Under the pieces are notes generated by a model. That model saw nothing but the letters and a program-made list of their open reading frames with translations. It made no database searches and was not told the DNA's origin. Both the position numbers and the translations under genes were made by a program. A stretch of 64,000 nt of DNA from NCBI RefSeq assembly GCF_009914755.1, contig NC_060930.1, one strand, 5' to 3'. Below are positions 41,243 through 56,042 of this stretch, one piece after another; the first letter of the stretch is position 1, and the number at the start of each line of letters is the position of its first letter. The stretch is from the human T2T-CHM13v2.0 reference genome, Homo sapiens.

Positions 41243-42710
41243 TTAGGTAGAAATTAAGACATTCCCAGATAAACAAAAGCTAAGAAAGATTGTTAACACT
41301 GGACCTTCCTTGCTAGAAATGCTCAAGGGGAATCCTGCAGTGTGAAATGAAAGACCATAGACAGTAACTGTATGTTGAATGAAGAAATAAGAGTAAATTA
41401 ATAGGCAATTATTAAAGTTAAATGGCTTATAATGCACTTTTTGTTTTATAATAATTTCTAATAATTGTTTTCTAAATAATTAAACAGATTAATACATTAA
41501 AATTATTCTAATAGTGTTATAACTTTGGTTTATAACTTTATATTTTGTTTTCTAATTAATTTAAAAGACTAATGCATTTCAAAAATTACTAGTTGGGGGG
41601 GCACACAATGTATAAAGATGTTATGTATAAAGATGTAATTTTGTGCCATCAACAATCAAAAGGAGTGGGAACAGAGCTGTTAAAGGAGTAGAGTTTTTCT
41701 TGTTATAAACTCAACTTAGAGTGTTAATGACTTTAGGCTGTTAATCGCATGGTAACTACAAAGAAAATAGCTATATACAAAATAAAATTAGAAAAAATTT
41801 TAAATACTTCACTATAAAAGATAAACTAAACACAAAAAGATGGTAATGTAAAAAATGAGAGACAAAAACTATAAAGAATAAGGAACACATCACAAAATAG
41901 CAGAAGTAAATAGCTTCTTAGCAATTATTTTAATTATAAATGATTGTACTCTTGAATCAAAAAACAGAAACCTGCAGAATGGATAAAAACACTTTTTTCA
42001 ACTATATCCTCTCTAACAAAGATTTACTTTAGATCTAAAACCACAAATATTAAACAGATTAAAACTGAAAGGATGGAAAAAAATAAATATTATATGCAAA
42101 TAGTAACCAAAAGAGATTAGGGGTTGCTAGCTTAATATCAGACAAAATAGACTTTAAATTAAAAAATGTTAAAACCAAAGAAGGACATTATATGTTAATA
42201 AAAGACTCAATACAGCAAGAAGATATAACAACATATATAAATGTAGGAGTTCAGTCAGGGTGGTGGGAAAAATTGTAAAATAGACACAAACCTTCTTGGA
42301 AGGCCGGAAGGTTTTGCAAAAGCCTAAGGATAGGGTTATGGGTGAAGGCAGCCTAATCCTCTTACCCTGAGTTAATAGCTTAAAGTAGGTACAAAGGAAT
42401 GTAAGGGAGTTTATCTACATAGCTTGTTTACTCATGTGGTCCTAAGACCAACCTTTGATCATTCACAGAACTGATCTCTCTGGGAGAGGGTGACCAGATT
42501 AATTACCCAAAGGCGTGTTAACTCAAAGCCTTTGTCATTAAATCTGTGCTGAATAAATGCCTGCAGAGCCAGCTAGTCAGAGTGTGCATGCGGCTGCTAC
42601 AACTCTGTGATTGGCACAGCCCCCTGGCCTACTCTTTCACTGAATATCAGTGTCTGAGTACATTATTCATCCATTGTGCAGCCTAGGTCTGTGGGTCAGA
42701 CCCCAGCAGG

Positions 42711-42728
42711 TGGTGCCTCGTGTGAGGA
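42711..42728 (+). promoter_or_regulatory. Primer-binding site complementary to tRNA-Met 3' end
   Basis: tggtgcctcgtgtgagga vs tggtgccccgtgtgagga (reverse complement of the elongator tRNA-Met 3' end, recalled), 17/18. Confidence 0.8.
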
Positions 42729-42860
42729 ACGCTGCAACGGACTGGTGATTGTGACGGAACCCTTGAAAACGAAGGTGAAAAGGACTGTGCAGTCAGTAAG
42801 TCATTGGTGCCTGCTTGGGATTTCCAAGTTCACAGGGATTGTTCAGGCTAGGATTTCATC

Positions 42861-43270
42861 ATGGGACAACAGTTATCAGCTCAACAGAAACAGTACATAA
42901 AATTATTGAAACAGCTGCTTAAAGCTGGTGAAGCCTCAGTTTTGCAGGCTCAATTAAGGGACTTAATGCAAACTGTTGTATTCCATAACCAATGGTTTTC
43001 AGAAGAAGGTATGCTAAACATAGAGCTCTGGGAACAAGTGTGGAGAAATCTTAACATCATCAGCAGTGGGTCCCAGTATCATCTCTAACACTATGGGCTT
43101 TGGTGAGGTTGGCTCTGGTCCCATTATACACAGAAGAGCCTAAAAAGGAGAAGGAGGAAGAACTGTTACCTACCTTACCACCTCCTTGTCCCTCAGACAC
43201 GCTATCACCGGGCCAAAATAACAAAGAGGAAATGGAGGTTTGCCTGAGTCCCCTCCTCTAATAAATTGGG
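42861..43270 (+). pseudogene. gag: ERV gag remnant (matrix / N-terminal part only)
   Basis: MGQQLSAQQKQYIKLLKQLLKAG...WFSEEGMLNIELWEQV: myristoylation-type start and betaretroviral MA-like sequence; frameshifted. Confidence 0.8.
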
Positions 43271-43729
43271 AAAAAGACAAGGGATACCCTAGTTATGGGA
43301 CCCTATCTTAGGCAAGTGGCATTAGAAGGGGAGTTCTTAGCCTGCCTGGTAATGCAAGATCAACAAGGCAATCAGGTATATAAACCCATTTATTTTAATG
43401 CTTATAAAAAAATAAGAAAAGGCATTAGAGGCTGGAGCCACGTGGCCAAGTTTGTGATGGGTGGAAGAAAAAGCTCGGTAGTGGGGAAGCTCATGACACC
43501 CCAGGCCGACAGGGGCCGCGGCAGGGGGCAGAAGCAACACAGACAAAAAGCAGCACCTAGGCAAGTGCAACACTGCTGCCGTCTAGCTCCGTGGGCAGCC
43601 CATGGCAAAATTTCTTGTGTTTCTTGTATACAAGCGACATCCCAGAGTATAATTCTCTGCTAAGATATAAGTAAAATTGAAGAATTTAAAAGACCTCTTT
43701 CTGATAATGGCCACTGTTGTTATTTCTCC

Positions 43730-46200
43730 CTTACTCCTAAAACGACTCCAAATCCCATTTAAGTAAAACAGTAACTGCTGGAGGGAGAGAAATTAAAAAG
43801 AGCCCATGAATTAGTTGAGGAGCAATTAAAAGCCAGCCATATGGAACAATCAAACAGCCCCTGGAATTCGCCCATTTTTGTCATTCCCAAAAAGTCTGGT
43901 AAATGAAGGTTTTGCATGACCTACGTGCTATTAATGCTAATTTGCAACCTATAGGGCCCCTTCAACAGGGCCTTCCCTCCACCGCAGTGATTCCTCAAGA
44001 TTGGCCTACAATCTTTATTGACTGCTTCTATACCATTCCATTAGCAGAACAGGACAGAGAAAGATTTGCATTTACAATACTGGCTATCAATAATGAAAAG
44101 CCAGGTTGCTGATTTCATTAAAAAGGGTGTCCTCAAGGGATGCTAAACAGTCCTACCATGTGTCAGTATCATGTAAATCAAGCTTTGCTCTCTAGTAGAA
44201 AAGAATTTTCTGATTGCAAGGTTATTCATTTTATGGATGATGTTTTACTAGCAGCCCCAACAGAGCCAGTACTTTCAAAGTTAGATACCTCTGTCATAAA
44301 GAATACACAGTTAAGAGATTTAATGATTGCGCCTGAAAAATTACAGATGTCTCCTCCTTGGAAATATCTTGGGTACATACTAACTTCCTGGTCAGTAAGA
44401 CCTCAAAAGCTTAAATTAAATACTAAAAACTTACGTACCTTAAATAATTATCAGAATTTACTAGGCGATATTAACTGGCTTCGGCCCACCTTGGGCCTAC
44501 CTACTGATAGGTTGCAAAATCTCTTTTCTATCTTAAAGGGCAATTGAGCCCTGGATTCTCCCAGGTATTTAACTCCTGTGGCAAAAAGGAAAATCAAGGA
44601 AACAGAACAGACCATTTCTCACAGGCAACAAGATTGCATAGACCCAGTCTATTCAATTCAATTGTTTATTTTTCCCACTAAACACTACCCTACAGGGTTA
44701 ATAGGACAGATGACCCCAGTACTATGCTTTCTAGAATGGGTTTTTTGCTCACATACCGGAACTAAAACACTTTCCCTATAATCAGTAAAGTCATATATTC
44801 AGGCTTCAGACAATGCAATCAGTTGCTAGGTTATGATCCTGATATCATCAGGATTCCTTTAAGTAAAAAGCAATTTGAAGCAGTATTGCCATTATCTATA
44901 GATCTGCAAATAGCCCTCTCTGATTACGCAGGCCATATAGACCTTGCCCTTCCTGCTGATAAACCCCTTCAGTTCTTATCTGGTACTTCTGTGATGTTAC
45001 CTACAAAAATAGTTCACTCCCCCATACCTAACGCTTTAACACTGTTTACTGACGGTTCTGGTAAACATGGGAAAGTGGCCATTTGGTGGAGACCACATAA
45101 TTTCCTCCATTGTTCTGGGTTTACTAGCACTCAAAAATCTGAGGTTGGGGCCTTAATATTGGCTTTGGAGACTTTTTCCGCTCAGCCCATCAATATTGTT
45201 AGCGACTCTGCTTACTCTGTTTATTTACTGCAGAACCTTGAGACAGCGCTAATTAAGTCCACTCTAAAGCACACCCTGTGTGCACTTTTCCTCTGACTTC
45301 ACCAATTGCTAAATCAACGTACACATCCTATTTTTATTACACACATTCGAGCCCACAGCTCACTGCCCGGTTTATTGGCTTATGGCAATGATCAACCAGA
45401 CCTTCAGGTTGTGACGTCACTGCTTGACCAAGCCACCCAATCACATCAATTCTTCCACCAAAACTGGAGAAACTTACCTAAACAATTTCAACTTACCCAG
45501 AGACTAGCTAAACAAAGTATCCTGCAATGCCCAGATTGCCAGCTCACAGGCACATCCCCTCTTTCAACAGGTGTTAACCCTAGAGGGTTCTAGTCCTCTA
45601 ATCAGTTATGGCAAACAGATGTTACACACATCCCTAAATTTGGAAACTTAGATATGTACATGGATCAATTGATACCAACACGTATCTAATTAGTGCACAT
45701 GCTCTTCCTGGAGAGTCCACCTGATATGTCATTAAACATCTCCTTTCAACTTTTGCATTTATGGGGCAGCCCACAAAAATTGAAACTGATAATGGTCCAG
45801 CTTATGCCAGCTCACAATTTCAACAATTTTGTCACACGTGGAATATCCAACATTCCATAAGCATCTCAAATAACCCCCAAGGACAGGCCATAGAACGTGC
45901 CCACTCCATCCTTAAAAATATGCTCAAAAAAGGGGGAGTATGAGTAAGGACCCTGCAACACTAGTAGCACAAGCCTTATTTACCCTTAATTTTTAAAATT
46001 TAGATAAATTTCAATCAGCAATGGAAAAGCACTTTGCTAAAACCTCTCAAGACATAAAACCTGCACTTTTATGGAAAGATGTAAACAATAATGAATGGTG
46101 TGGTACAAATGAATTGCTAACATGAAAAAGAGGATATGCTTGTTTTCACACCCCCTCAGGTCCTCTTTGAATTCCAGCACGATGCATCAAACCATACCAT
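43730..46200 (+). pseudogene. pol: ERV pol remnant (RT, RNase H, integrase), many stops and frameshifts
   Basis: [37 protein letters not shown] (YMDD-type), LFTDGS (RNase H), HQFFH..CPDC (IN zinc finger), IETDNGPAY (IN core). Confidence 0.93.
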
Positions 46201-46769
46201 GGCATGGCTAGGACCCAACCCAGTACCAGAAATGAAGAAAAGGACCCTACAGGACCCGCATCCCCACGCTGAAAAAGACAACTCAAGAGGCTGAACAAAT
46301 CCTGCTCCAGACACACACATCATTCACTCCAGGTAATGTGTTACTTGCTATGCTTTATTAACCTTTTTAAAATTCTCTCACTCTGCCTGCATGTGGTACC
46401 TGCTACACTTAAGCACCGACTTCCGGCTTCTAACATTGCAACTGCTTGGCCAAGAGAGATTATCATACCCCCAGTGGGGTTCCTTAGTAACAGCACACAT
46501 GGAACTAAAGTGCCAAGTAACACTACAGGTCACTCCTTGATTGGAAAAGACTGTTGCTAATAATACTCATGTTTGTCTTATGTTATTTACTAATTCTAGG
46601 ATTCAAAGCTGGAATACGAGCAGTGACCAGCATGCCTGACAGGCCTGTTGCTACACACATCTGTACTCTTCAATCAACAAAGCCTGATGCAAAATAACAG
46701 AAAAGGGGGAGATACAAGAGTTCAGTCAGGGTGGTGGGAAAAATTGTAAAATAAACACAAACCTTATTA

Positions 46770-47132
<363 letters not shown>

Positions 47133-50100
47133 CTAATCCTCTTACCTTGAGTTAATAGCTTAAAGTACATACAAAGGAATGTAAGGGAGTTTATCTAAAT
47201 AGCTTGTTTACCCATGTGGTCCTAAGACCAACTTTTGATCATCGTGGGTGAATGATTGCTCTCTACTCAGGGGTTTGGCAATGTGGCAATGTTAATTACC
47301 CTCTAGTGGTGTTTACTGGAGACTTTTGTCATTTAATCTGCACTAAATAAACGTGAACTTCACCAGCTTTTGAGGCCGATGCTGCAGACTCTGACAGCAG
47401 AGCCCCTTAGCCACACTGACAGGCAAAATATCTGTGTCCCTGTACATCTTTCATCTGTCACTGGGTCAGCTTCTGTGGGACAGACCTGGCATATAAACAC
47501 TTAGCTGATTACAGATTATCAAAATATATGAAGCAAAAAAGACAGAATTTAAGGGAGAAATAGACAATTGTACAATAATAGTGGAGAATTAAATAGCCAC
47601 TCTCAATAATTAATAGAGCAACGATGTAAAAGATAAGTAAGGAAATAGAGGACTTAACACAATAAACCAACTAGATCTAACAGACATACACAGAACATAC
47701 TACACAACAACAACAGCATACACATTCTTAAAAGCATGTGGAACATTTTCCAGGATAGACTATATGTTAGGCCACAAATTAAATCTCAATAGATGGAAGG
47801 ACATATGTCATATAAATTATCTTTTCTGATCACAATGGTTAAAGTTGAAAATCAAAAACAGAAGTAAAACCAGAAAATTTATAAATTTGTGGAAACTGAA
47901 CAACATTCTGTTTAACAACCAAAGGATCAAGAAATAAATTATAATGGAAAGTAGAAAATAGAGACAAATAAAAATGAAAATACAACACACACCAAAATGT
48001 ACGAGATGCAGTGAAAGCAGTGGTAAGGGGGAAATTCATAGCCATTAATGCTTGTGTTAAAAAATAAGAAAGATCTCAAATTCAACAAGTTAACTAAAAC
48101 TTAATAAGCTAAAAAAGAAGAAAGAACAATCTAAACCCAAAGTAGAGATGACATTGATGATAACAAAGTTGGTTGTTTGAAAAACTCAACAAAATTGACA
48201 AATCTTTAGTTAGATGGATTAAGGAAAATAAAAAGAAGACTCAATTAACTGAACTTAGTTGATGATATTGTAAATAAAATTGATTTTGTAACTACTTTTT
48301 CAGATTGCTCATGCTTAGTGGGTAGAAATGCAGTTTACTTTTGGTTGACTTAACCAAAGCAGTGAATGTCTTCTACAACAGAAACTACTAAACATTGCTG
48401 AAAGAAATAGAGACATAAATAAATGGAATCACATCTCATGTTTATGAATTGGAAAAAAGTGATATAGAGATTTGGTGCAATCCCCAACAAAATCCCAATG
48501 ATTTTTTTTTTCAGAAATAAAAAAATAATCCACTTAAAATTCCTGTAGAATCTCAATGTACTCTGAACATACAAAACAATCTTGAAAAATAACAAGACTG
48601 GTGGTCTCACACTTACTGTTTCAAAACTTAATTACAATGCTACCTTTGTAATTAAAACCTTTTTGTATTGGCATAAAGACCAACATATTGACTAATGGAG
48701 TAGAATGAGAAGCCCAGAAATAAACCCTTATGTATATGATTTTTGACAAGGGTGCCACATACATTCAATGGGGGAAGAATGGTCTGGTCTTGTGAACATA
48801 TGGTGTTGGAGAAACTGGATATCCACATACAACAGAATGACCCAAATAGTTGGACCCTTACCTAACACCATATACAATAATTAACTAAAAATGGATTAAA
48901 AAGCTGAAACTTTAAAGCTTTTAGTAGAAAACATGGGGAAAAAGGCTCACAACATAGAATTTGGCAGTTATTTCTTGGATATGGATATGACACCAAATGC
49001 ACAGGCAATAAAAGAAAAAACAGACATTAGACTTCATGAAAACTAAAAAGAAATTGTGCATCAAAATATATTAACAGAGTACAAAGACAACTCAGAATGG
49101 AAGAAAAGACTTGCAAATCATATATCTGATAAGGGATTAATATTCAGAATATATAGAGAACTCCTAAGACTAAACAACAAAGAAACAATCCAATTCGAAA
49201 ATGGACAAAAAATCAAATAGAAATGTCTCAAGAGAAGATACACAAACATCCAATATATACATGAAAAGATGCTCAATAACAATAATTAGGGAAATGCAAA
49301 TCAAAACTGTGAGGCTCAAGTCATCCCACAGGGCTTCTAAAGGAAAAGAGGGTCCAAAAATCCAGATGGCTAGAGCTTCTCTGGGCTTGCATGAGGAGCA
49401 ACCTCACATTGATTAAGATGTGAGCTTTTATGCTGTCCTGTGATCAAATAACCCACCTCACCATGCTATCTTACTTCTGCGTTTCCAATTTACCATAATA
49501 CTCCCAAAATAACCCCTTTTATAAGGGGTCATTTTAATTGTCTGAGTTCCCTCTTAATAACAGGGAAGAAACAAAATTTTAACCACTTCTTACCAATGCA
49601 TGAATGACTAATATTGTCTCAAATGTGTTATCTCTTTAGTTCACCCAATTCAAAGCCATGTTTGGAGATTTCTGTATCCAGAAGCAGAGTCTGAAAGAAA
49701 TAAGTCTCCCATAATGGAAACTGAAGAACAAGGACAAATTTTTGAGAGTGATAATTTGGAAAAAGAATGTATTTTAGCACTCCACACAATATAACACAGG
49801 CATGCTTGTCAGCATGCTTCATTTTTAAACTAACTCTGATAGAAGATGTTTTCTGATTGTGACTCATTATTTGTTGGATGGTATATTTTATATAGCACAA
49901 AAAAGATACCCTTTATAAGTAATGGTCCATCTTAATTGGGATATAACTTAAAAATTCAATAAACTGTAAAAGAGTGAAGTAGAATGTAGGAATGTGAAGC
50001 AAAAACAAAGAAACGAAATATAGTGCAGCCTTCATTAGATTATTTCAATTGGAAATGATATCTTTTGGTGTGGTTATTTGAACAAGTTATTAGAAAAATC

Positions 50101-50410
50101 ACTACTGCTATTTTACCTGCAATTGTTAATGTGATAGTTTTTCACTGCCTTGGATGGAATGAAAGATCTCCAGTTATTTATTTCTATAACTTCTATGCAG
50201 CCAGTAAAATTCTTGACTGGTACAGGCATCTGAGAGAGAGAGAGAGAGAGAAGTAGAGATAATTTAAATGATTTTCTTGAATATATTATTCTTGCTTCAA
50301 ACTGGTCAGGGTATGCAACTGGATTTGGAGGCTGATTTGATTTATTCTACTTATTTATAGTACAGTAATTCAAATATTTTCATAAATATCAATCCAAAAA
50401 GTAATAGGAT

Positions 50411-51005
50411 TTTTCCATATCTTGGCTATTATGAATAATGCTGCAATGAACATGGGCAAAATTATAAAGAAATTATGTTTGTGTACATACAAACACAATG
50501 CTATTCAACCTTATAAAAGAAGGAAATCCTGCCATTTGTTACAACCTGGATGAAACTGAAAGATATTATGCTAAGTGAAATAAGTTAGACACAAACATAT
50601 GTGATTATCTCACTTATAGGTAGACTCTAACAAAATGAACTCAAATACACAGAAATAGAGACCAAATCTGTGGTTATAAAGCCAAGCAAGGTCTGAGGCT
50701 GTGGGTGGGGAAAAAATGTGCAGATTTAGGTCAAGAGATACAAAGCATCAGATATTTAGAATAAACAAATCTACAGACCTAATGTGTAACATGAGGATTA
50801 TAGTTAAAAATATTGCATTGTATTTGGGACTTTTGGTGAATGAATAGATTTTAGCTGCTCTTGCTACACACAGATGAAAAATGGGTAACTATATGTGATA
50901 ATGGATGTTAATTTGCTTCACTATAGTTACTATTTTACTACCCATATGTATCTCATAACATCATGTGGCCCATACCTTAAATATATACAATAAAATTTAT
51001 TTTAA
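50411..51005 (+). mobile_element. L1MA 3' end with short inverted 5' segment
   Basis: 50411-50456 is antisense L1 (ccatatcttggctattatgaataatgctgcaatgaacatggg) followed by sense 3' UTR; imperfect TSD aaaaagtaatagga/aaaaattagtagga. Confidence 0.8.
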
Positions 51006-52704
51006 AAATTAGTAGGAAAGAATGTCACCTTATTCATCAAAAGTTACTCATGCCTATATATCTTAGTACTGTATAGATTACATAGTCACTAATACTTAAA
51101 GAAAAAATTACATAATTACAGTAAATTATCAATGAAAAATAGAAGAAAAGCTAATACACTCATCCTTCCCATCAAGGCACTACATTTTTCCATCTTTGGC
51201 CTGTTTCTTGCAGTTTTTTCTCTCAGACATCAATTACCTTGCCTTATCTGCAGATATCAAAACATTAAGAAGAATTGCTCTTCTAGGGACCAAAGCTAAC
51301 AAAGTAATCTATAAAGATTTGTGATATATTTTACATGCCTTTTGTGTTCTGCAGCCTGTCCTCCTTAGGAATAAGTTGGGGAAAAATGATAACAAAAAGA
51401 TACTAAGGGTCCAAGAACAAGAAGAGAAGTACATTGAAGAACATTCAATTTGGTGAACAAAAATAACCTAATCATTACGAGCATACAATATTATACTAGT
51501 AATTACATGTGTATCTAAATGTATATTTATGAGAAAAAGGGAAAGTAAAAGTGAATACAGCTCAGAATTTAATAGTTAGAAATGAGCATTCATTCAGATG
51601 CTGTCCTCTGATAAGCTCTTAATATTACTAAAAATTTCAAGCTTAGGTGAACCAAATTATGACCAGAGAAACCATTAAACTTACATACTGAAAAATATAT
51701 TAGTTATCTTAATTTTTGAATTAAAATTATACACTATTTGCATCTCAAGACTTTGTATCTTATTGAATATATTATAAATAATAGAATAAGGCCTTTGTCT
51801 TGTTTAGAAATTTCAGGATTAATATATTTCACTTTTTAAATCATAGTTTAGAACCTTTGAAAGTTTGCTATAGGCTCAAATTTACTGCAAAGACTCTCAC
51901 CTGGTAATACTCTGTCAAATGTCAAAAATGACTGAACTAGAAAATAAAACAATATTTCACACAGTAAGTTTACAAACAAGTCAAGTAGATTCCAAAGAAA
52001 CTATTTAATAGAAGCATTTGGCTTTTATATGCTGCAGTTGGGAAAGTACTGATTTGTCATTGTTAAAGTTTCTCTAGCTTTATTAATGTTTTTAATTTTT
52101 AGATTTAATTCTTATTTTTACTGCAGTTATATACTTAATTTAAAAATAAAGTTTATGACTATGTCTCCTGAAATATTATAGTTTACTATTAAAAAAATGA
52201 TCTTATAAAAATGCTTTTGATTATAATGATAGTGAATGTTCAAACTTAAATCTGACATAGCTCAGCAATGGCATAAAAGTATGTTTACATTGCAGTACAT
52301 ATTTTTCTCTGTTAAGATCCTTATTATTCATAGGGATAAAAAAAGGGGAAACTGATAATGTTTAAATTAATATAAACACATTAAAGAGCCATGAAAAATG
52401 GTCTATAAAGGAAATGACTCTATGATTACTCTATTGAGATACTTCTCAGAATTCTATAATTCAATTTCATTCACACATTATGAATTAAAAATGCATATTA
52501 ATTTATTCACCTTGGGCTTTGAAAAATGGCAAGAAAAAATTTCCCAGCCATTAGCCTTTACATTTGAGTAAATTCAAAATTTCTTCATTTCTTATGTTTT
52601 AATAGACTGACCACTCTCTAGTTCTATCACACATTATCTTTTTGCAGTACTGTTCGGAATAGTTATTTAGCTTCCAAATAAATTCCCACTTTTTTTTTCA
52701 CTTT

Positions 52705-53880
<1,176 letters not shown>

Positions 53881-56042
53881 TTTTAAAAGGTGAAAAAAAG
53901 AGAGAGAAAGGGAACTGAGCATATGAGTGAACAAAATGGGAAGACTGGACTGAATTTTTTTTGTGTACTTTAAGTGCTGGAACCACGTTGAATTTATCAT
54001 TTATATAAAAGTATAATTTAAAAGCTCAAAGTTAAAAATCAAAAGAACAAATTTTCTGTAAGGCTAAATTTATCCAATCTTCATTTATTTCAAATGTTCT
54101 TGTTTTTATAATGGTGATAGTTGATAGTAGATACTGTTTTTGATTTTTATTTAATGTATTTAGTTTTTTAAATAAAAATAATTTATTAAAATTAATAAAG
54201 CATATATTAACATTTCATTTTGTAAAACATAAGTGAAACCTGAACTCAAGTACTGAGCCTTAATACTAAACTCTAAAGCACATGGTTTTTAGATCATTTC
54301 TAGTGTTGGGAAACCTTTTTTCCTTGAATTTGTGTTTATAATAATCAGGTTAATTAGGTTTCTGGGACAGGAGTCTTAAAAGTAATAGAAGGGAAACAAA
54401 GATACACAATTCATATGACAATTTGTAATGTAAAATATATATAATAGATTAAAGACAAGAAATAATTATCTGCATTAGATTATAAGAATGGTACCATTGC
54501 ATGGTATCTTCATTTAAAAAATTGTAGTCACGTGCTGCTGTGATTTCTCAAATATAGTTCTTATTATTAATCCAGGACAAATAACTCCTGGTTATTTCTA
54601 AACAATGTAAAATGGCAATGTAGTATGCCAAATCATAGCACTAGGAATATAATTCATGGTACTAAGCATTAATAATAAAAACAAAATTCTCGAGCTCGCT
54701 GGCAAGATGGCTGAATAGGAACAGCTCTGGTGTGCAGCTCCCAGCAAGATCAACGCAGAAGGCAGGTGGTTTCTGCATTTCCAAATGAGGTACCTAGTTC
54801 ATCTCATTGGGACTGGTTGGACAGTGGGTACAGCCCACAGCAAGCCAAAGCAGGATGGGGTGTCGGCTCACCCGGGAAGCACAAGTGGTCAGGAGATTTC
54901 CCTCCCCTAGCCAAGGGAAGCCATAAGAGACTATATCGGGAGGAACGGTGCACTCTGGCTTAGATACTGTGCTTTTCCCACAGTCTTCACAACCGGCAGA
55001 CCAGGAGACTCCCTCTGGTGCCTATGCTACCAGGGCCCTGGGTTTCAAGCACAAAACTGGGCAGCCTTTTGGGGAAGCCACTGAGCTAGCTGCAGAAGGT
55101 TTTTTTTTTTTTTTTTCATACCCCAATGGCACCTGGAATGCCGGCGAGAAGGAAGCATTCACTCCCCTGCAAAGGGGCCTGAAACCAGGGAGTCAAGTGC
55201 TCTGGCTCAGCAGGTCCCACCCCAACGGAGCCCAACAAGCTAAGATCCAGTGGCCTGAAATTCTTGCTGCCAGCACAGCCATCTGAGGTCGACCTAGGAT
55301 GCTCGAGCTTGGTGGGGGGAGGGGCTTCGGCCATTACTGAGGCTTGAGTAGGTGGTTTTACCCTCACAGTGTAAACAAAGCCACTGGTAAGTTGGAACTG
55401 CGTGGAGCCCACTGCACCTCAGCAAGGGTGCTGTGGCCAGACTGCATCTCTAGATTCCTCCTCTCTGGGCAGGGCATCTCTGAACAAATGGTATCAGCCC
55501 CAGTCAGGGACTTATAGATAAAATCCCCATCTCCCTGGGACAGAGCAACTAGGGGAAAGGGTGGCTGTGGGGGCAGCTTCAGCAGGCTTAAATATCCCTG
55601 ACTGACTACTCTAAAGAGAGCAGCAAATCTCCCAGCACATCGTTTGAGCTCTGTTAAGGGACAGATTGCCTCCTCAAGTGGGTCCCTGACACCTGTGTAT
55701 CCTGACTAGGAGACATCTCCCAGTAGGGGCTGACAGGCATCTCATATAGGAGAGCTCTGGCTGGCATCTGGCTGGTTCCCCTCTGGGACGAAGCTTCCAG
55801 AGGAAGGAACAGACAGAAATCTTTGCTGTTCTGCAGCCTCTGCTGGTGATACCAAGGAAAACAGGATCTGGAGTGGACCTCCAGCAAACTCCAGCAGACC
55901 AGTAGCAGAGGGAACTGACTGTTAGAAAGAAAACTAACAAACAGAAAGTAATAACATCAACATCAACAAAAAGGACGTCCACTCAGAGACCCCATCTGAA
56001 GGTCATCAACATCAAAAACCAAAGATAGATAAATCCACGAAG

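Noticed and set aside
43903-45943. Functional reverse transcriptase or integrase system
   Set aside because: Broken into many short frames by stops and frameshifts; ordinary decayed ERV pol
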